The notes under the pieces were generated by a model. That model saw only the letters and a list, made by a program, of their open reading frames with translations, was not told the origin of the DNA and searched no databases. A stretch of 64,000 nt of DNA from Alphaproteobacteria bacterium (lineage in GTDB: Bacteria > Pseudomonadota > Alphaproteobacteria > JBKEAR01), in contig JBKEBO010000074.1 of NCBI GenBank assembly GCA_047973205.1, positions 12,057 to 76,056 on the forward strand. Reading direction: 5' to 3'. Each line of letters begins with the position of its first letter. Within the stretch, counting starts at the first letter, position 1. Shown here one piece after another: positions 28,548-41,000 of this stretch. Both the position numbers and the translations under genes were made by a program.

Positions 28548-28946
28548 CTATTCAGATTGTAAGTAAACAACAACGTTTAAGTCTTTGACAGCATAACCTT
28601 CAGGAACATGTATCATCTCACGAATTTGCTCTGCATCTGTATCAGGAACATCCATCACTTCCATTTTATTATCATCATAATAATGAAAATGGTTATGTGT
28701 GTTTGTATCAAACCATGAGCGTTCGCTATCGATATTAATCTCACGGATAAGTCCATGTTTTGCAAAGTAATGAAGGCTATTATAAATAGTGGCAAGAGAT
28801 ATATGCTTGCCTGATTTTAGCATTTCTTCATGGAGTATTTCAGCGGTAAAATGGCGGTCGCCATTATCGAATAGCATTGATGCTAAGGTTAATCTTTGTT
28901 GCGTTAGCCTAAGGCCCGCATCTCTTAGTTTGTCCGAATGGTCCAT
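28548..28946 (-). CDS. Fur-family transcriptional regulator (Cys-free, His-rich; Irr-like)
   Basis: Fur-family DNA-binding N-terminus (LRLTQQRLTLASML...). No Cys at all; HNHFHYYDD His cluster as in rhizobial Irr. Confidence 0.8.
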   Translation of the reverse strand: MDHSDKLRDAGLRLTQQRLTLASMLFDNGDRHFTAEILHEEMLKSGKHISLATIYNSLHYFAKHGLIREINIDSERSWFDTNTHNHFHYYDDNKMEVMDVPDTDAEQIREMIHVPEGYAVKDLNVVVYLQSE

Positions 28947-29114
28947 ATGATTTTACTGCCCAATAGTTGTTTTTTATTCACCATATATATTTATATATGA
29001 CTTTAAAACAAATTGCAATGAGAATAATTCGCATTTAGAGAAAAAATTCTCACTTGAAAAACATCTTATTGTGATTATACTGGCTCTAGTCTTTACAAAA
29101 AAGGAAAAGAAGTA

Positions 29115-30038
29115 ATGGAAACCCGAAATCATCTATTACATATTGAAGGAATGAATAGGCCGCAGCTCGATAAACTCTTAGAGCGTGGCTTTTTTTTTGC
29201 TGAAAAAAATCGAAATAAAGAGCCTGTAGAACAAACCCTTGCAGGTTGTAGTGTGGTGAATTTATTCTTTGAAAATTCTACTCGAACCCGTACAAGCTTT
29301 GAACAAGCGGCTAAGAGATTAGGGGCTGATGTTATTAATATGTCTGTGGCTTCATCTTCGGTTGCTAAGGGAGAAACCCTGTTGGATACGGCGGTTACTT
29401 TAAATGCAATGCATCCTGATATTTTGGTGGTGCGGCATAGCTCATCTGGGGCCCCTGCTTTATTGGCTCAAAAGGTAAATTGTGCGGTCATAAATGCGGG
29501 AGATGGTTGGCATGAGCATCCCACGCAAGCCTTGCTTGATGCCCTAACGATGATACGTCATAAAAAGAGCTTGGATTCGCTAAATATAACCATTTGTGGC
29601 GATATTACCCATAGCAGAGTGGCTCGTTCTAATATTCATCTTTTGAATAATTACAACTGTAACATTCGTCTTTGTGGACCCAAAACTATGGTACCCAAAT
29701 CCATGGAAGATTTAGGCACAAAAGTTTATCATCATATGGAAGAAGCCTTGGAAGATGCAGATGTTGTTATGATGCTCCGTATTCAAAAAGAGCGGATTAA
29801 CAGTAACTTATTTCCAAGCCATAGGGAATTTTTTCGCTTTTATGGCCTTGATTATAAAAAGCTTCGCTATGCCAAGGCTGATGCTATTGTGATGCATCCA
29901 GGCCCTATGAACCGTGGTGTGGAAATTTTAAGCAAACTAGCCGATGATGAAGAACGTTCGGTAATTACAGAACAAGTGGAGATGGGTGTGGCTATTCGTA
30001 TGGCAGCCTTAGAAAATGGTGTAGGAGTAGGGAACTAA
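29115..30038 (+). CDS. pyrB: aspartate carbamoyltransferase catalytic subunit
   Basis: STRTRTSFE carbamoyl-phosphate binding motif and the HPxQ motif region. Confidence 0.95.
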   Translation: METRNHLLHIEGMNRPQLDKLLERGFFFAEKNRNKEPVEQTLAGCSVVNLFFENSTRTRTSFEQAAKRLGADVINMSVASSSVAKGETLLDTAVTLNAMHPDILVVRHSSSGAPALLAQKVNCAVINAGDGWHEHPTQALLDALTMIRHKKSLDSLNITICGDITHSRVARSNIHLLNNYNCNIRLCGPKTMVPKSMEDLGTKVYHHMEEALEDADVVMMLRIQKERINSNLFPSHREFFRFYGLDYKKLRYAKADAIVMHPGPMNRGVEILSKLADDEERSVITEQVEMGVAIRMAALENGVGVGN

Positions 30039-30039
30039 G

Positions 30040-31320
30040 ATGACAAAAGCATATATAAACGCACAAATTTTAGACCCTTACTCAAAAACCGATGAGATGG
30101 GTGGACTTTTAGTTGAAGATGGCATTATTAAAGCTTTGGGAAGTAATGTTACAGAAGGTAATATCGCAAGTGATGTGGAAAAAATTGATATTCACGGTAA
30201 GGCTATTTTGCCTGCTTTGGTGGATTTTCGTTGCGAAATTCCAGACCCTGGTTTTGAAGCCAAAGGTAGCTTAAGTAGTGAGAGTAAGGCGGCTTTAGCA
30301 GGAGGGGTTGTTCATTTGGCTTTGCTTCCCACAACAAGTCCAGCGATTGATAATCCTGCAATGGTGACTTATATGATAGAGCGTTCCCAAGCTCAAAAAG
30401 GAGTTAAAGTTTATCCATGGGGAGCGGTAACTAAAGAGAGCAAAGGTGAGGATTTAGCAGAGCTTGGCTTAATGCAAAAAGAGGGGGCTATTGGTTTTAC
30501 CGATGGCCATAAAACATTGCAAAATGCTGCAGTGCTTCGTCGGGCTTTACAATATGCTTCGGGTTTTGATGGCTTTATTGCTCAGCATCCCATGGATGTA
30601 AATTTGGGCAAAGGTGATATGAATGCAGGAAGTTTAGCTAATCGCTTAGGGCTTGCAGGAATGTCATGGCAGGCGGAAGTCATTATTATTGAGCGAGATT
30701 TACGTATTTTAGAAATGGCAGGCGGAAGCCTCCACTTTAATCATATTTCTTGTAAAGCTTCTGTAGATGTTATTCGCAAGGCCAAAGCAAAAGGGGTTAA
30801 TGTAACTTGTGATACAGCTCCACCTTATTTTTCACTTAACGAGCTTGATGTAGGAGATTATCGCACTTTTGCCAAGCTTAATCCACCATTGCGAACAGAA
30901 GAAGACCGTTTGGCAATTATCGAAGGGCTTAAAGATGGCACCATTGACTTTATTGCCTCAGACCATATTCCCCAAGATGAAGAAGCCAAACGTTTGCCTT
31001 TTGACCAAGCCTCATTTGGTGGTGTGGGTTTAGAAAGTTTGCTTCCCATAACTTTGGAGCTTTATCATAACAAGCATTTAAACCTTAATGATGCCTTGGC
31101 TTTAATCACCTATAAGCCTGCAAAACGTTTAGGGATTAATGCGGGCTATTTAGCTGCTGATATGGCGGCAGATTTTATTGTGGTGGATTTACAAAAAGGG
31201 CGGGTTTTTGATGATAAGCAGCTGCATTCACGTTCTCGTAACTCTCCTTTTGGTGGAAGACTTGTTCAAGGCGAAATTCTCCATAGCTTTGTTGACGGTC
31301 AATGCCTATTTTCGATGTAA
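30040..31320 (+). CDS. pyrC: dihydroorotase / dihydroorotase-like protein
   Basis: Amidohydrolase-superfamily DHOase. Starts 2 nt after pyrB. Confidence 0.9.
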   Translation: MTKAYINAQILDPYSKTDEMGGLLVEDGIIKALGSNVTEGNIASDVEKIDIHGKAILPALVDFRCEIPDPGFEAKGSLSSESKAALAGGVVHLALLPTTSPAIDNPAMVTYMIERSQAQKGVKVYPWGAVTKESKGEDLAELGLMQKEGAIGFTDGHKTLQNAAVLRRALQYASGFDGFIAQHPMDVNLGKGDMNAGSLANRLGLAGMSWQAEVIIIERDLRILEMAGGSLHFNHISCKASVDVIRKAKAKGVNVTCDTAPPYFSLNELDVGDYRTFAKLNPPLRTEEDRLAIIEGLKDGTIDFIASDHIPQDEEAKRLPFDQASFGGVGLESLLPITLELYHNKHLNLNDALALITYKPAKRLGINAGYLAADMAADFIVVDLQKGRVFDDKQLHSRSRNSPFGGRLVQGEILHSFVDGQCLFSM

Positions 31321-31461
31321 ATTGATAGCCTTTGGCTTGTTCTGACCCTCCTGAGCTTGCTGAAGGGTGTCAAAAGGAGTTCGATAAAAGCTTGTTTTTG
31401 GAGTAGAAAGCATATAGACTGAAACTTGTTAAGCAAGTTTTATGCCAAAAGAAGAAAGCTG

Positions 31462-32895
31462 ATGTCATTATCACCACAAATTCGTCTTAAGCAAAAGCAG
31501 AGCCTTAGGTTGACGCAAACGATGCGGCAATCCATTGAACTTATGCAGCTTAGCCGTCTTGAGGTAGAAAAGCTTATTGAGCATGAAAAGCAAGAAAACC
31601 CGCTTTTAGAGCTTGATAACGAATATGGTCGTGTGGATATTGAGCAAATATCGGAGCAAATATCAGATGTTCGTGAGGCTTTATCTTCACCTGAAGCCAC
31701 AGAGAGCTTAGATAAAGATAGCGATTATGATAACGAGTTTGATAGTGAGCCTTTTGCATATTATTTTCGCTCAACAGAGCTAGTGGATGCAGGCAGTGTT
31801 ATTGAGGCCACAGCTCACTTTAAACAAAGTGCTTATGGTGAGCTTATAGAGCAAATTCGTCTAAGCTTTAAAAAGCCTGCTCAACGTGCTATTGCTCAGT
31901 TCTGGCTTGCTCAGCTTGATGATAATGGTCGCCTTAGTCAAACGGCATTTAATCATGCAAAAAATCATGGCTTAAGTGATGATGATTTGGAGTTTCTTTT
32001 GGCTCGATTGCAGCAATTAGAGCCTGTAGGGCTTTTTGCTCGTAATTTAAAAGAATGCCTTAAAGCACAGTTGATTGATAGTGATGAATGGGATTTATTA
32101 TGGCTAGATATCTTTGATAATATGGATAAAGTTGCCAAAGGGCAAATGGAGCTTTTGCAAAAACGGCTCAAGCTCGATAAAAATACCCTTATGCAGCGTA
32201 TTTATCGCTTAAAAGAGCTATCACCTACGGTTGCTTGGAAAGTTGAAGAAGTTGTAGAAAATGTGATTATTGCGGATTTACGCATTTTTCGCGATGATAT
32301 GGGAAGCTTGCAAATTGAACTTAATGAGGATGCCTTTAGCGATGTGGTTATGCAAGCGGTTGAAAGTAATCAATCGATTGATTTAAAAAAAGATGACTGG
32401 ATTAAAGCCAAGGAACAAAGGGGGAAGTTTTTAATCAGAATATTGGCCAGACGTGCTGAGTCTATTTTGAAGTTAGGTGAGATTATTTTACAAAAGCAGG
32501 TGATGTTTTTCGAAAAAGATGCTCGCTATTTATTACCACTCACTATGCGAAATATTGCTGATGAAATGGGGTTGCATGAAAGTACAGTTAGCCGTTTAGT
32601 TCGGGGGAAATATTTGGAATTTGAGGGACAAACAACAGAGCTTCGGTGGTTTTTTAGTGCAGGGCGTATAAAAACGAGCCATAGCTCAGATGTTTCGGCC
32701 ATATCTGTACAAGAGCATATTAAAAATATTATTGCAGGTGAGCCACCTAAAAAACCTTATTCCGATGAGAAGTTAACACAGATTCTTAAAGAAAAGCACG
32801 GGCTTGAAATAGCACGCCGTACGGTTGCAAAATATCGTGAGAATATTCAGATACCCTCATCATCACAACGCAAGCAACAATATCTTTATTTATAG
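31462..32895 (+). CDS. rpoN: RNA polymerase sigma-54 factor
   Basis: N-terminal MSLSPQIRLKQKQSLRLTQTMRQSIELMQLS. C-terminal RpoN box ARRTVAKYRE. Start chosen at the internal ATG 31462 matching the RpoN N-terminus; the track start is 31426. Confidence 0.9.
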   Translation: MSLSPQIRLKQKQSLRLTQTMRQSIELMQLSRLEVEKLIEHEKQENPLLELDNEYGRVDIEQISEQISDVREALSSPEATESLDKDSDYDNEFDSEPFAYYFRSTELVDAGSVIEATAHFKQSAYGELIEQIRLSFKKPAQRAIAQFWLAQLDDNGRLSQTAFNHAKNHGLSDDDLEFLLARLQQLEPVGLFARNLKECLKAQLIDSDEWDLLWLDIFDNMDKVAKGQMELLQKRLKLDKNTLMQRIYRLKELSPTVAWKVEEVVENVIIADLRIFRDDMGSLQIELNEDAFSDVVMQAVESNQSIDLKKDDWIKAKEQRGKFLIRILARRAESILKLGEIILQKQVMFFEKDARYLLPLTMRNIADEMGLHESTVSRLVRGKYLEFEGQTTELRWFFSAGRIKTSHSSDVSAISVQEHIKNIIAGEPPKKPYSDEKLTQILKEKHGLEIARRTVAKYRENIQIPSSSQRKQQYLYL

Positions 32896-33150
32896 CTAAG
32901 ATATCACCATTAATTTTTAGCTATATTTTCACTGCAATAGATAAAAAAATAAAAAATAAATAGAAAAAATATCTATTCAAGACTATAATATAATTATGAT
33001 ATATCTAAATATGATAAATTTTACACATGGCCTATTTTGTTGTCATCTTTATAAAAGAGCAGCAAATACGCCATGTTATTTTTTGGTTATATAGACTATA
33101 TCCAACTTTAATCATTTGTCGCCAATAAGATAAAAAAAAAGGAGGGCATT

Positions 33151-33726
33151 ATGCAAATAAACATTCGAGGACAAGGCATTACCATTACCCCTAGCCGTAG
33201 AGAGCATATCGAAAGCGGGCTAGAAACAACAATTCATAAATACTTCCCAGATGCTTTAAATGCAGATGTTAACCTTTCTAAGGAAGGTGCTAATGTTAAG
33301 GCTGATATTAATGTTAAGGCCTCTAAGCAAAATTTTGTGCAAGGAAGTAGTGTTTCCGCCGATAGTTTAGCCGCTTTTGACCTTGCTTTAGTGCATATTG
33401 GCAAGCAGCTTCGTCGCTATAAAAGACATTTAAACAATCATCATAAAAATAATATTGAATTAGAGCTTGAATTTCAGCCTGCAACACAGTATGTTCTATC
33501 TTCTGAACTGGAAGGTGATGGAGATGAAGCTGGTGATGAGCCCATTATTGTTGCGGAAATGCCAGCCGAGATTCCTAAGCTAACCGTAAGTCAGGCCGTG
33601 ATGAAGATGGATTTAGAGGCTTTGCCTGTTCTGATGTTTGTTAATCGCGCCCACGATAATGTTAATGTAGTGTATCGTCGAGCTGATGGAAATTTAGGCT
33701 GGATTGATCCTAAAATAAAACAGTAA
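33151..33726 (+). CDS. hpf: ribosome hibernation promoting factor (long HPF / sigma-54 modulation protein)
   Basis: MQINIRGQGITITPS... RaiA/HPF fold plus C-terminal extension. Canonical position after rpoN. Confidence 0.9.
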   Translation: MQINIRGQGITITPSRREHIESGLETTIHKYFPDALNADVNLSKEGANVKADINVKASKQNFVQGSSVSADSLAAFDLALVHIGKQLRRYKRHLNNHHKNNIELELEFQPATQYVLSSELEGDGDEAGDEPIIVAEMPAEIPKLTVSQAVMKMDLEALPVLMFVNRAHDNVNVVYRRADGNLGWIDPKIKQ

Positions 33727-33733
33727 AGAGCAT

Positions 33734-34195
33734 ATGGAACTTAAAGATATTTTATCTGCGGACATGGTATTTGCCGAATTGCCCGCAAGAGGAAAAAAAC
33801 AAGTTTTAGCTGATATTACAGCAAAACTAACCGCAAAAATGGGCTTAGACAATACAGATGTTTTCGAGCTTATTTTAGAGCGTGAGAAATTGGGGTCGAC
33901 AGGTATGGGGCGTGGCATAGCCATTCCCCATGCACGTATTCCAGGCCTTAAACATATTGTTGGAGCTTTTGCCCAGCTAGATACTCCTATTGAGTTTGGT
34001 TCAGTTGATGATCAACCTGTGCGTCTCGTCTTTATGCTACTTGCTCCAGAAAAGTCAGGTGCTGAGCACCTCAAAGCTCTTTCTATTGCCTCTCGTACTT
34101 TAAGAGATCGGAAATTTTGTAAAGAGCTCGCTAATAAGCAAAGTCATGATGAGCTTTATAAATCCCTTATTGCCCAGTCCGAAAAAGAAGGCTAA
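33734..34195 (+). CDS. ptsN: PTS IIA-like nitrogen regulatory protein EIIA-Ntr
   Basis: GIAIPHARIPGL active-site His region. rpoN-hpf-ptsN synteny. Confidence 0.9.
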   Translation: MELKDILSADMVFAELPARGKKQVLADITAKLTAKMGLDNTDVFELILEREKLGSTGMGRGIAIPHARIPGLKHIVGAFAQLDTPIEFGSVDDQPVRLVFMLLAPEKSGAEHLKALSIASRTLRDRKFCKELANKQSHDELYKSLIAQSEKEG

Positions 34196-34204
34196 TAGCT
34201 TCAG

Positions 34205-35590
34205 TTAAATCGCTTTGCTCTTCCATTTATCAAAAAATTCTAAAGCTTGTTTGCAATAGGCTTGCTTTTTAAGGCGGCCTTTAAGGCGGCGGCCTTTTTC
34301 GTTACGAAAATCACCATCTTGTAGTAAACCAAAATTGATATTCATAGGCTGATAAGTCTCGGCATGCTCTGGTGTTGTTACATGGGCAAGCATTGCTCCA
34401 ATGGCCGTTTGTGGGGGAGGAAGAATAATCTCTTTTTCTAAAAGGTTAAATGCAGTAAAAATTCCACAAAGTAAGCCCATAGAGGCACTTTCCACATAGC
34501 CCTCACAACCGCTGACTTGTCCTGCAAGGCGGATATTTGGATTATGATGAAAGGCAAGGGTTTTATCTAAAACTTTAGGTGAGCAGACAAAACAATTGCG
34601 ATGAATTCCTCCAAGGCGAGCAAATTCAGCAGCCTCTAGTCCTGGTATCTTTTTAAATATACGCTTTTGCTCCCCATAGGTTAGCTTGGTTTGAAAGCCA
34701 ACCATATTATAGATGCTGGCTTGTTTGTTATCTTGACGCAGTTGCACAATGGCATAGGGCTTAACTTCAGGATTATGCGGGTTGGTTAGCCCAACAGGCT
34801 TTAGGGGACCAAAAGAAAGAGTCTTGCGACCACGCTCAGCCATAACCTCAATGGGAAGACAGCCTTCAAAATAAGGTGTATCTTTTTCCCAGTCTTTAAA
34901 GGCAACTTTTTCACCTTCCACTAAATCATCAATAAATTTATTATATTGTTCCTCGCTTAAAGGGCAATTAATGTAATCTTTACCTGTACCTTTATCGTAG
35001 CGGCTTTGAAACCAAGCTTTGCTCATATCAATGCTTTGTGTATAGATTGTTGGGGCAATAGCATCAAAAAAATGTAAAAACTCATCACCAGTAAGCTTAG
35101 CAAGCTCAGATTGCATAGCTTCGCTTGTGAGAGGACCTGTGGCAATGATGATTTTATCGGCATTAAGGGCTGAAATATCTGTAACTTCTTCTCGGATAAT
35201 CGTAATGTTGGGATGCTGCGATAATGTATTTTGAATATCAGCAGCAAAATTATCTCTATCGACAGCTAAGGCTCCGCCAGCAGGGACACTATGTTTATCA
35301 GCCATTGTTAAAATAAGACTATTGAGGCGACGCATTTCTTCATGAAGAACACCAATGGCGGAGTTTTCGTAATCATCTGAACGCAAAGAGTTGGAGCAGA
35401 CAAGCTCGGCCAAATAATCGGTTTTATGAGCAAAGGTTGGCTTTTTGCCTCGCATCTCGTAAATAATAACGTTAATATCTCGCAAAGCCAGTTGCCAAGC
35501 GGCTTCACAGCCTGCAAGCCCTCCACCAATAATGGCTACGCTTGGTTTGTTCACAATCAATGTCTCCTTATTAGATGATTCCATAAGCAA
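34205..35590 (-). CDS. trmFO: methylenetetrahydrofolate--tRNA-(uracil-5-)-methyltransferase
   Basis: [21 protein letters not shown] motif. GidA-related family at about 460 aa. Confidence 0.9.
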   Translation of the reverse strand: MLMESSNKETLIVNKPSVAIIGGGLAGCEAAWQLALRDINVIIYEMRGKKPTFAHKTDYLAELVCSNSLRSDDYENSAIGVLHEEMRRLNSLILTMADKHSVPAGGALAVDRDNFAADIQNTLSQHPNITIIREEVTDISALNADKIIIATGPLTSEAMQSELAKLTGDEFLHFFDAIAPTIYTQSIDMSKAWFQSRYDKGTGKDYINCPLSEEQYNKFIDDLVEGEKVAFKDWEKDTPYFEGCLPIEVMAERGRKTLSFGPLKPVGLTNPHNPEVKPYAIVQLRQDNKQASIYNMVGFQTKLTYGEQKRIFKKIPGLEAAEFARLGGIHRNCFVCSPKVLDKTLAFHHNPNIRLAGQVSGCEGYVESASMGLLCGIFTAFNLLEKEIILPPPQTAIGAMLAHVTTPEHAETYQPMNINFGLLQDGDFRNEKGRRLKGRLKKQAYCKQALEFFDKWKSKAI

Positions 35591-36377
35591 TAACTAAGAT
35601 AATCACACCTAAAATAATACGGTAAATAACAAAGGGGAGGAATGTGGAATTGCGTATCCAGCTCATAAGTACGCCAATAACCATAAGGGCGAAACCAAAA
35701 GATAAAATAGCCGCTAAGATTGCCTGAAAAGTCATCTCCACATTGCCGCTTATGGCAAGCTCAACGCCTGTCCCAAAACCTGCGGCTAATATGGTTGGTA
35801 TGGCCATTAACATAGAAAATCGAGCAGCATCCGAACGTTCCATACCCAAAGCACGCATAGCCGTAATAGTAATGCCTGAACGACTTACACCAGGAATAAT
35901 AGCGATAACCTGAGCAACACCAAGTAAAAAAGTGTTCAAATAGCTAATATGTTCAATGCGGTGGATAGTAAGACCGTATTTATCTGTAACATATAATAAA
36001 ACACCAAAGATTAAGGTTGTCCAGCCAATAAGCATTAAAGAGTGGCGAAATTCTAAGCCGTTAAAAAATATACTGGCAATACCGCCAACAATAATAATGG
36101 GTAAGGTTGCAATAAAAAGCTTAAAGAATAAATCCTTATCATGTTTGCTTTTTCCACGAATAAAGTCACAAAGTGATAAGGTTAGCTGCTGAATATCATC
36201 CCTAAAATAAATAATTACGGCAAAAACAGTACCTAAATGTACGGCAACCTCTAATGTCGGACTAGGCTGGATATCCATAAATTTTCCAGCAAGTTGCAAA
36301 TGTGCGGTTGATGAAATGGGAAGAAATTCAGTAATGCCTTGAACAGCGGCAAAAACAATAAGGCTCCAAATACTCAT
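35571..36377 (-). CDS. uppP: undecaprenyl-diphosphate phosphatase
   Basis: [14 protein letters not shown] and SRSGITI BacA motifs. 20-nt overlap with the trmFO start region. Confidence 0.9.
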   Translation of the reverse strand: MSIWSLIVFAAVQGITEFLPISSTAHLQLAGKFMDIQPSPTLEVAVHLGTVFAVIIYFRDDIQQLTLSLCDFIRGKSKHDKDLFFKLFIATLPIIIVGGIASIFFNGLEFRHSLMLIGWTTLIFGVLLYVTDKYGLTIHRIEHISYLNTFLLGVAQVIAIIPGVSRSGITITAMRALGMERSDAARFSMLMAIPTILAAGFGTGVELAISGNVEMTFQAILAAILSFGFALMVIGVLMSWIRNSTFLPFVIYRIILGVIILVIAYGII

Positions 36378-36604
36378 GAGGTAATCTACTTCTTTTTTAA
36401 TAACTTATAATGTCAATATTTATACTCATTGTTTTAGCAACAATCAAGTTTTTCTATCACAATAAGATGATTAAGAAGATTAAAATAGTACCGATTTTTT
36501 ACTATACATAAAAATATTTCTTGTAATTATTCTAAAATTAGGCTAAAGATAAAATTGTTAAAAAATAATAGTACCAAATTTTTACTAAATAAAGGAATGT
36601 TTTT

Positions 36605-38017
36605 ATGCCGATGCAGCAGTTTCTAAAACATCAAGCTCAACAGCCAGGAATTAACGAAGATGCCCTAAGTCTCGATGATTGGAGGGAAGTTAAAAAGAAG
36701 TTTGATGAACCTTCAGCCAAAGAGCAAGCCTCTCGTTGTTCACAATGTGGTGTTCCTTTTTGTGCCCATGCTTGTCCTCTCACAAATAATATTCCTGAAT
36801 GGTTAAAGCTTGCAACCGAAAATGAGTTTGAGCGGGCATGGACGCTATCGCAGGCAACCAATAGCTTTCCTGAAATTTGTGGACGTATTTGTCCGCAAGA
36901 ATTGTTATGCGAGGGTAATTGCGTGTTAGAACGCTCAGAGCATAAAGGCGTTACGATTGGTGCTATCGAGAAATATTTAACCGATACCGCCTTTGAAAAT
37001 GGTTGGGTTAAGCCGATAGTTCCTCTTAAAGAACGCTCGGAAACTATTGGTATTATCGGAGCGGGTCCTGCAGGCTTAGCTGCAGCTGAGCAGCTTCGTC
37101 GTAAAGGTTATCAGGTAATGGTTTACGACCGTTATGATAGGGCAGGGGGGCTGATGATTTTTGGTATCCCCAACTTTAAGCTAGATAAAGCCATTGTGGA
37201 ACGTCGCAATGTTTGGCTTAAGGAAAGCGGCGTGCAGTTTACCTTTAATGTGAATATCGGTAGCGATATAACCATGGGTGAGCTTCAAAAAAAGCATGAT
37301 GCTATATTGATTGCCACAGGTGTTTATAAGTCTCGTGACCTTCCGATTGAAGGGGGAGATAAAGGCAATATTGTTCAGGCTATCGACTTTTTGGTTGAGA
37401 GTAACCGCCGTAATCTTGGCTTAAAAACACCTGATTATGATAGCGGCTTATTGAATGCTAAAGGTAAGAATGTGGTTGTGTTAGGTGCGGGTGATACTGC
37501 AATGGATTGTTGTAATACGGCATGGCGGCAAGGGGCAAAGTCTGTTACTTGTATGCGGCGTAGTCCGCTATCGGAGGTTTCAGGCTCTCGTATTGACCGT
37601 GAACAAGCTTTATCTTTTGGTACAGATATGCGTGGACTGACAACAGCAACAGCTTACTTGGGTGATGATAATGTAACAGGTGTTCGTATTATTGAGCTTA
37701 GTCGTCAACGTGATGGCAGCGGTAAGCCTATTTACACTAAAGTAAAGGGGAGTGAGCAAGAGATTAAGGCCGATTTAGTTGTTAAGGCTTTGGGCTTTTC
37801 ACCAGAGGAGCTTGCCCGTCTATTTAATTGCGATGAGCTAAAAACCCAAAGTTGGGGAACTTTAGTTGTTGATGATAATTTACAAACCAGCATGGATGGT
37901 GTTTTTGCTGCAGGCGATATTGTTCGTGGAGCATCTTTAGTTGTTTGGGCCATTTTAGATGGTCGGACAGCGGCGACAAATATCCATCAATATTTAACCA
38001 AAAAAGGAGAAAAATAA
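36605..38017 (+). CDS. gltD: glutamate synthase (NADPH) small subunit
   Basis: Fe-S Cys cluster CSQCGVPFCAHACP, plus FAD/NAD(P) GxGxxG motifs (IGAGPAGLAAA, VLGAGDTAMD). Confidence 0.9.
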   Translation: MPMQQFLKHQAQQPGINEDALSLDDWREVKKKFDEPSAKEQASRCSQCGVPFCAHACPLTNNIPEWLKLATENEFERAWTLSQATNSFPEICGRICPQELLCEGNCVLERSEHKGVTIGAIEKYLTDTAFENGWVKPIVPLKERSETIGIIGAGPAGLAAAEQLRRKGYQVMVYDRYDRAGGLMIFGIPNFKLDKAIVERRNVWLKESGVQFTFNVNIGSDITMGELQKKHDAILIATGVYKSRDLPIEGGDKGNIVQAIDFLVESNRRNLGLKTPDYDSGLLNAKGKNVVVLGAGDTAMDCCNTAWRQGAKSVTCMRRSPLSEVSGSRIDREQALSFGTDMRGLTTATAYLGDDNVTGVRIIELSRQRDGSGKPIYTKVKGSEQEIKADLVVKALGFSPEELARLFNCDELKTQSWGTLVVDDNLQTSMDGVFAAGDIVRGASLVVWAILDGRTAATNIHQYLTKKGEK

Positions 38018-41000
38018 TGGAAAATCAATTCAATCCGCAAGCTTGGTTAAATGCAGCTCAAGAATTAGAAGAAAAAGGCCTCTATCGTCAGAAGCATGAG
38101 GTTGATAGCTGCGGTGTGGGCTTAGTTGCTGCTATTGATGGCAAACCCAACCGTAAAGTGGTTGAGGCTGGTATTGAAGCCTTAAGGCGTGTTTGGCACC
38201 GTGGGGCAGTAGATGCTGATGGTAAAACAGGTGATGGTGCAGGTATTCATGTGCAAATACCTCAAGAGTTTTTTAAGGACCATGTGTCCAGAACAGGCCA
38301 TAAAGTTAAGGAAGATGAGCGTGTTGCCGTGGGGCAAATCTTTTTACCAAGAACAGACCTTCGGGCTCAAGAAGAATGCCGCTCGGTTATTGAAGCTGAG
38401 ATTTTACGTAGTAATCTCAATATTTTTGGTTGGAGGCGTGTACCACTTAATACAACTGTAATTGGTGAAAAAGCTGCTGCAACACGTCCTGAAATTGAAC
38501 AAATTCTCATTGGTGTTCCTAATGATAGTGAAGCAGAAGAATTTGAGCGTTTGCTTTATGTTATCCGCCGCCGTATCGAAAAAGAAATTGATAAACGTTC
38601 AATTAATGAATTTTATATTTGTTCGCTTTCTTGCCGTTCGGTCATTTATAAGGGAATGTTTTTAGCGGAACAATTATCGGTATTTTATCCTGACTTAGAA
38701 GATGAGCGATTTATCTCTAACTTTGCTATCTTTCATCAAAGATATTCAACCAATACTTTCCCTACATGGAAGCTTGCTCAGCCTTTTAGAATGCTTGCTC
38801 ATAATGGTGAGATTAATACAATTAATGGGAATATCAACTGGACAAAAGCCCATGAACCACGCATGAGTACAGATACATTGCCCGAAGAAGGCTTAAGCGA
38901 TGTTCTTCCTGTTGTGCAAGCCAATGGTTCGGACTCGGCGGTTTTGGATAATGTTTGTGAGTTGTTATGCCGAACAGGTCGTCCTGCTCCTGCGGTTAAG
39001 GCTCTGATGGTTCCTGAATCTATTGGCCAAAGTAGTACAATGAACAATGCTCATAAGGCCTTATATAATTACTGTAATACAGTGATGGAACCTTGGGATG
39101 GTCCTGCTGGATTATGTATTACGGATGGTCGCTGGGTGGTTTCGGGGCTAGATAGAAACGGCTTGCGTCCCTTACGTTATGCAATCTCAAAAGATAATAT
39201 CATTGCTATTGGTTCGGAAACTGGCATGGTGGATATTATTGATAATGAGATTGTTGAACGTGGTCGTATTGGTCCTGGTGAGATGATTGGTGTGGATTTA
39301 CAAGCGGGTAAATTTTATCGTGATTCGGAACTTAAAGATTGGGCAGCCTCTCGCCATCCTTTTGAAAAATGGGGAGAAAATGTTAAAAAGCTCAATGCTG
39401 AAATCAGCAAAAATGTTAAAAATGATGCCGCAAAATGTGATGCAGAAACATTGCTCCGTTTGCAGCAATCTTTTGCCCAAACTTTAGAGGATATCGATAA
39501 TATTATTACCCCAATGGTTCTAACAGGCCAAGAGGCTATTGGCTCTATGGGAGATGATACACCACTTGCAGTATTATCAAAAAAATATCGCCCATTGCAT
39601 CATTATTTTCGTCAGTCATTCTCGCAGGTAACTAATCCACCAATTGACTCTCTTAGAGAAAGACAAGTCATGAGCCTTGCCACACGTTTTGGTAATATGA
39701 ATAATGTATTGGAAGAAGAAGAAGCTCAAACAAAAGTTTACTATTTAGAATCTCCAATATTATTTAGCAGTGAAAGTGCTTATCTGTTTGAAAAACTTGG
39801 TGAAAATACCTGTGTTTTAGATGCTACTTTTGATGTAGAAGAGGGCGGGCAAGGTTTAGAGGCTGCTTTAGAACGCCTGCGTGAGGAATCTGAAGCGGCA
39901 GTTTTGGCTGGTGTCAGTCATTTAGTGCTTTCGGATGAAGCAATGTCAGTATCAAGAGCGGCTGTTCCTCCCATATTAGCGGTGGGTGCTTTAAATACAC
40001 ATTTGGTTAAAAATGGTTTGAGAACCTTTGCATCAATTAATGTACGAACTGCAGAATGCTTAGATGTGCATTATTTTGCCGTTTTGGTGGGTGTAGGGGC
40101 AACAACTGTTACTCCATGGCTCACTGAAGAGACAATAAAATCTCTCCATCAAAAGGGAAGATTTGGCAACTTAAAAGTTCAAGATGCTTTAGTGAATTAT
40201 AAAAAGGCTGTTGATAAAGGCCTGCTTAAGATTATGTCAAAGCTTGGTATTGGTGTCTTAAGCTCTTATCGTGGTGGTTGTAATTTTGAGGTTGTGGGTA
40301 TTTCCCGCTCGCTTATCCGTGGTTTCTTCCCTACAATGAGTTCACGTATTTCGGGTATTGGGCTTTCGGGTATTGCAAAAAATATTTTAGATGCCCATGC
40401 AAAAGCGTGGCAAGCGGAGAGCCTAGCCTTACCTGTGGGTGGATTTTATCGTATTCGTAAAGATAGTGAAGCCCATGGGCATTCACCAGAACAAATTGCT
40501 TTACTGCATGAAGCCGTTAGAGAAAATAGCTGGGAAGTCTATAAAAAATATAGTGCAACATTAGATAATCGCGACCCTATTCAGCTACGTGAGTTATTAG
40601 AGCTTCGCTATGCCGAGGAGCCTTTAGCAACCGCTGAGGTGCAATCAATTACAGAAATTCGCCGTAAATTTGTAACCCCTGCAATGTCTATGGGAGCTCT
40701 TTCGCCTGAGGCTCACGAAACATTGGCCATAGCTATGAATCGTATTGGTGGTAAGTCAAATTCTGGTGAGGGTGGAGAAGACCCTGCTCGCTTTACCCCA
40801 AGAGAAAATGGTGATAATGCTCGTTCAGCAATTAAGCAAATTGCCTCAGGCCGCTTTGGTGTAACGGCTGAATATTTAAGTAATGCCGATGAGCTGCAAA
40901 TTAAAATGGCTCAAGGGGCAAAACCAGGTGAGGGCGGCCAATTACCAGGTTTTAAAGTCTCTGTTGATATTGCTCGCTTGCGTCATTCAACCCCAGGGGT

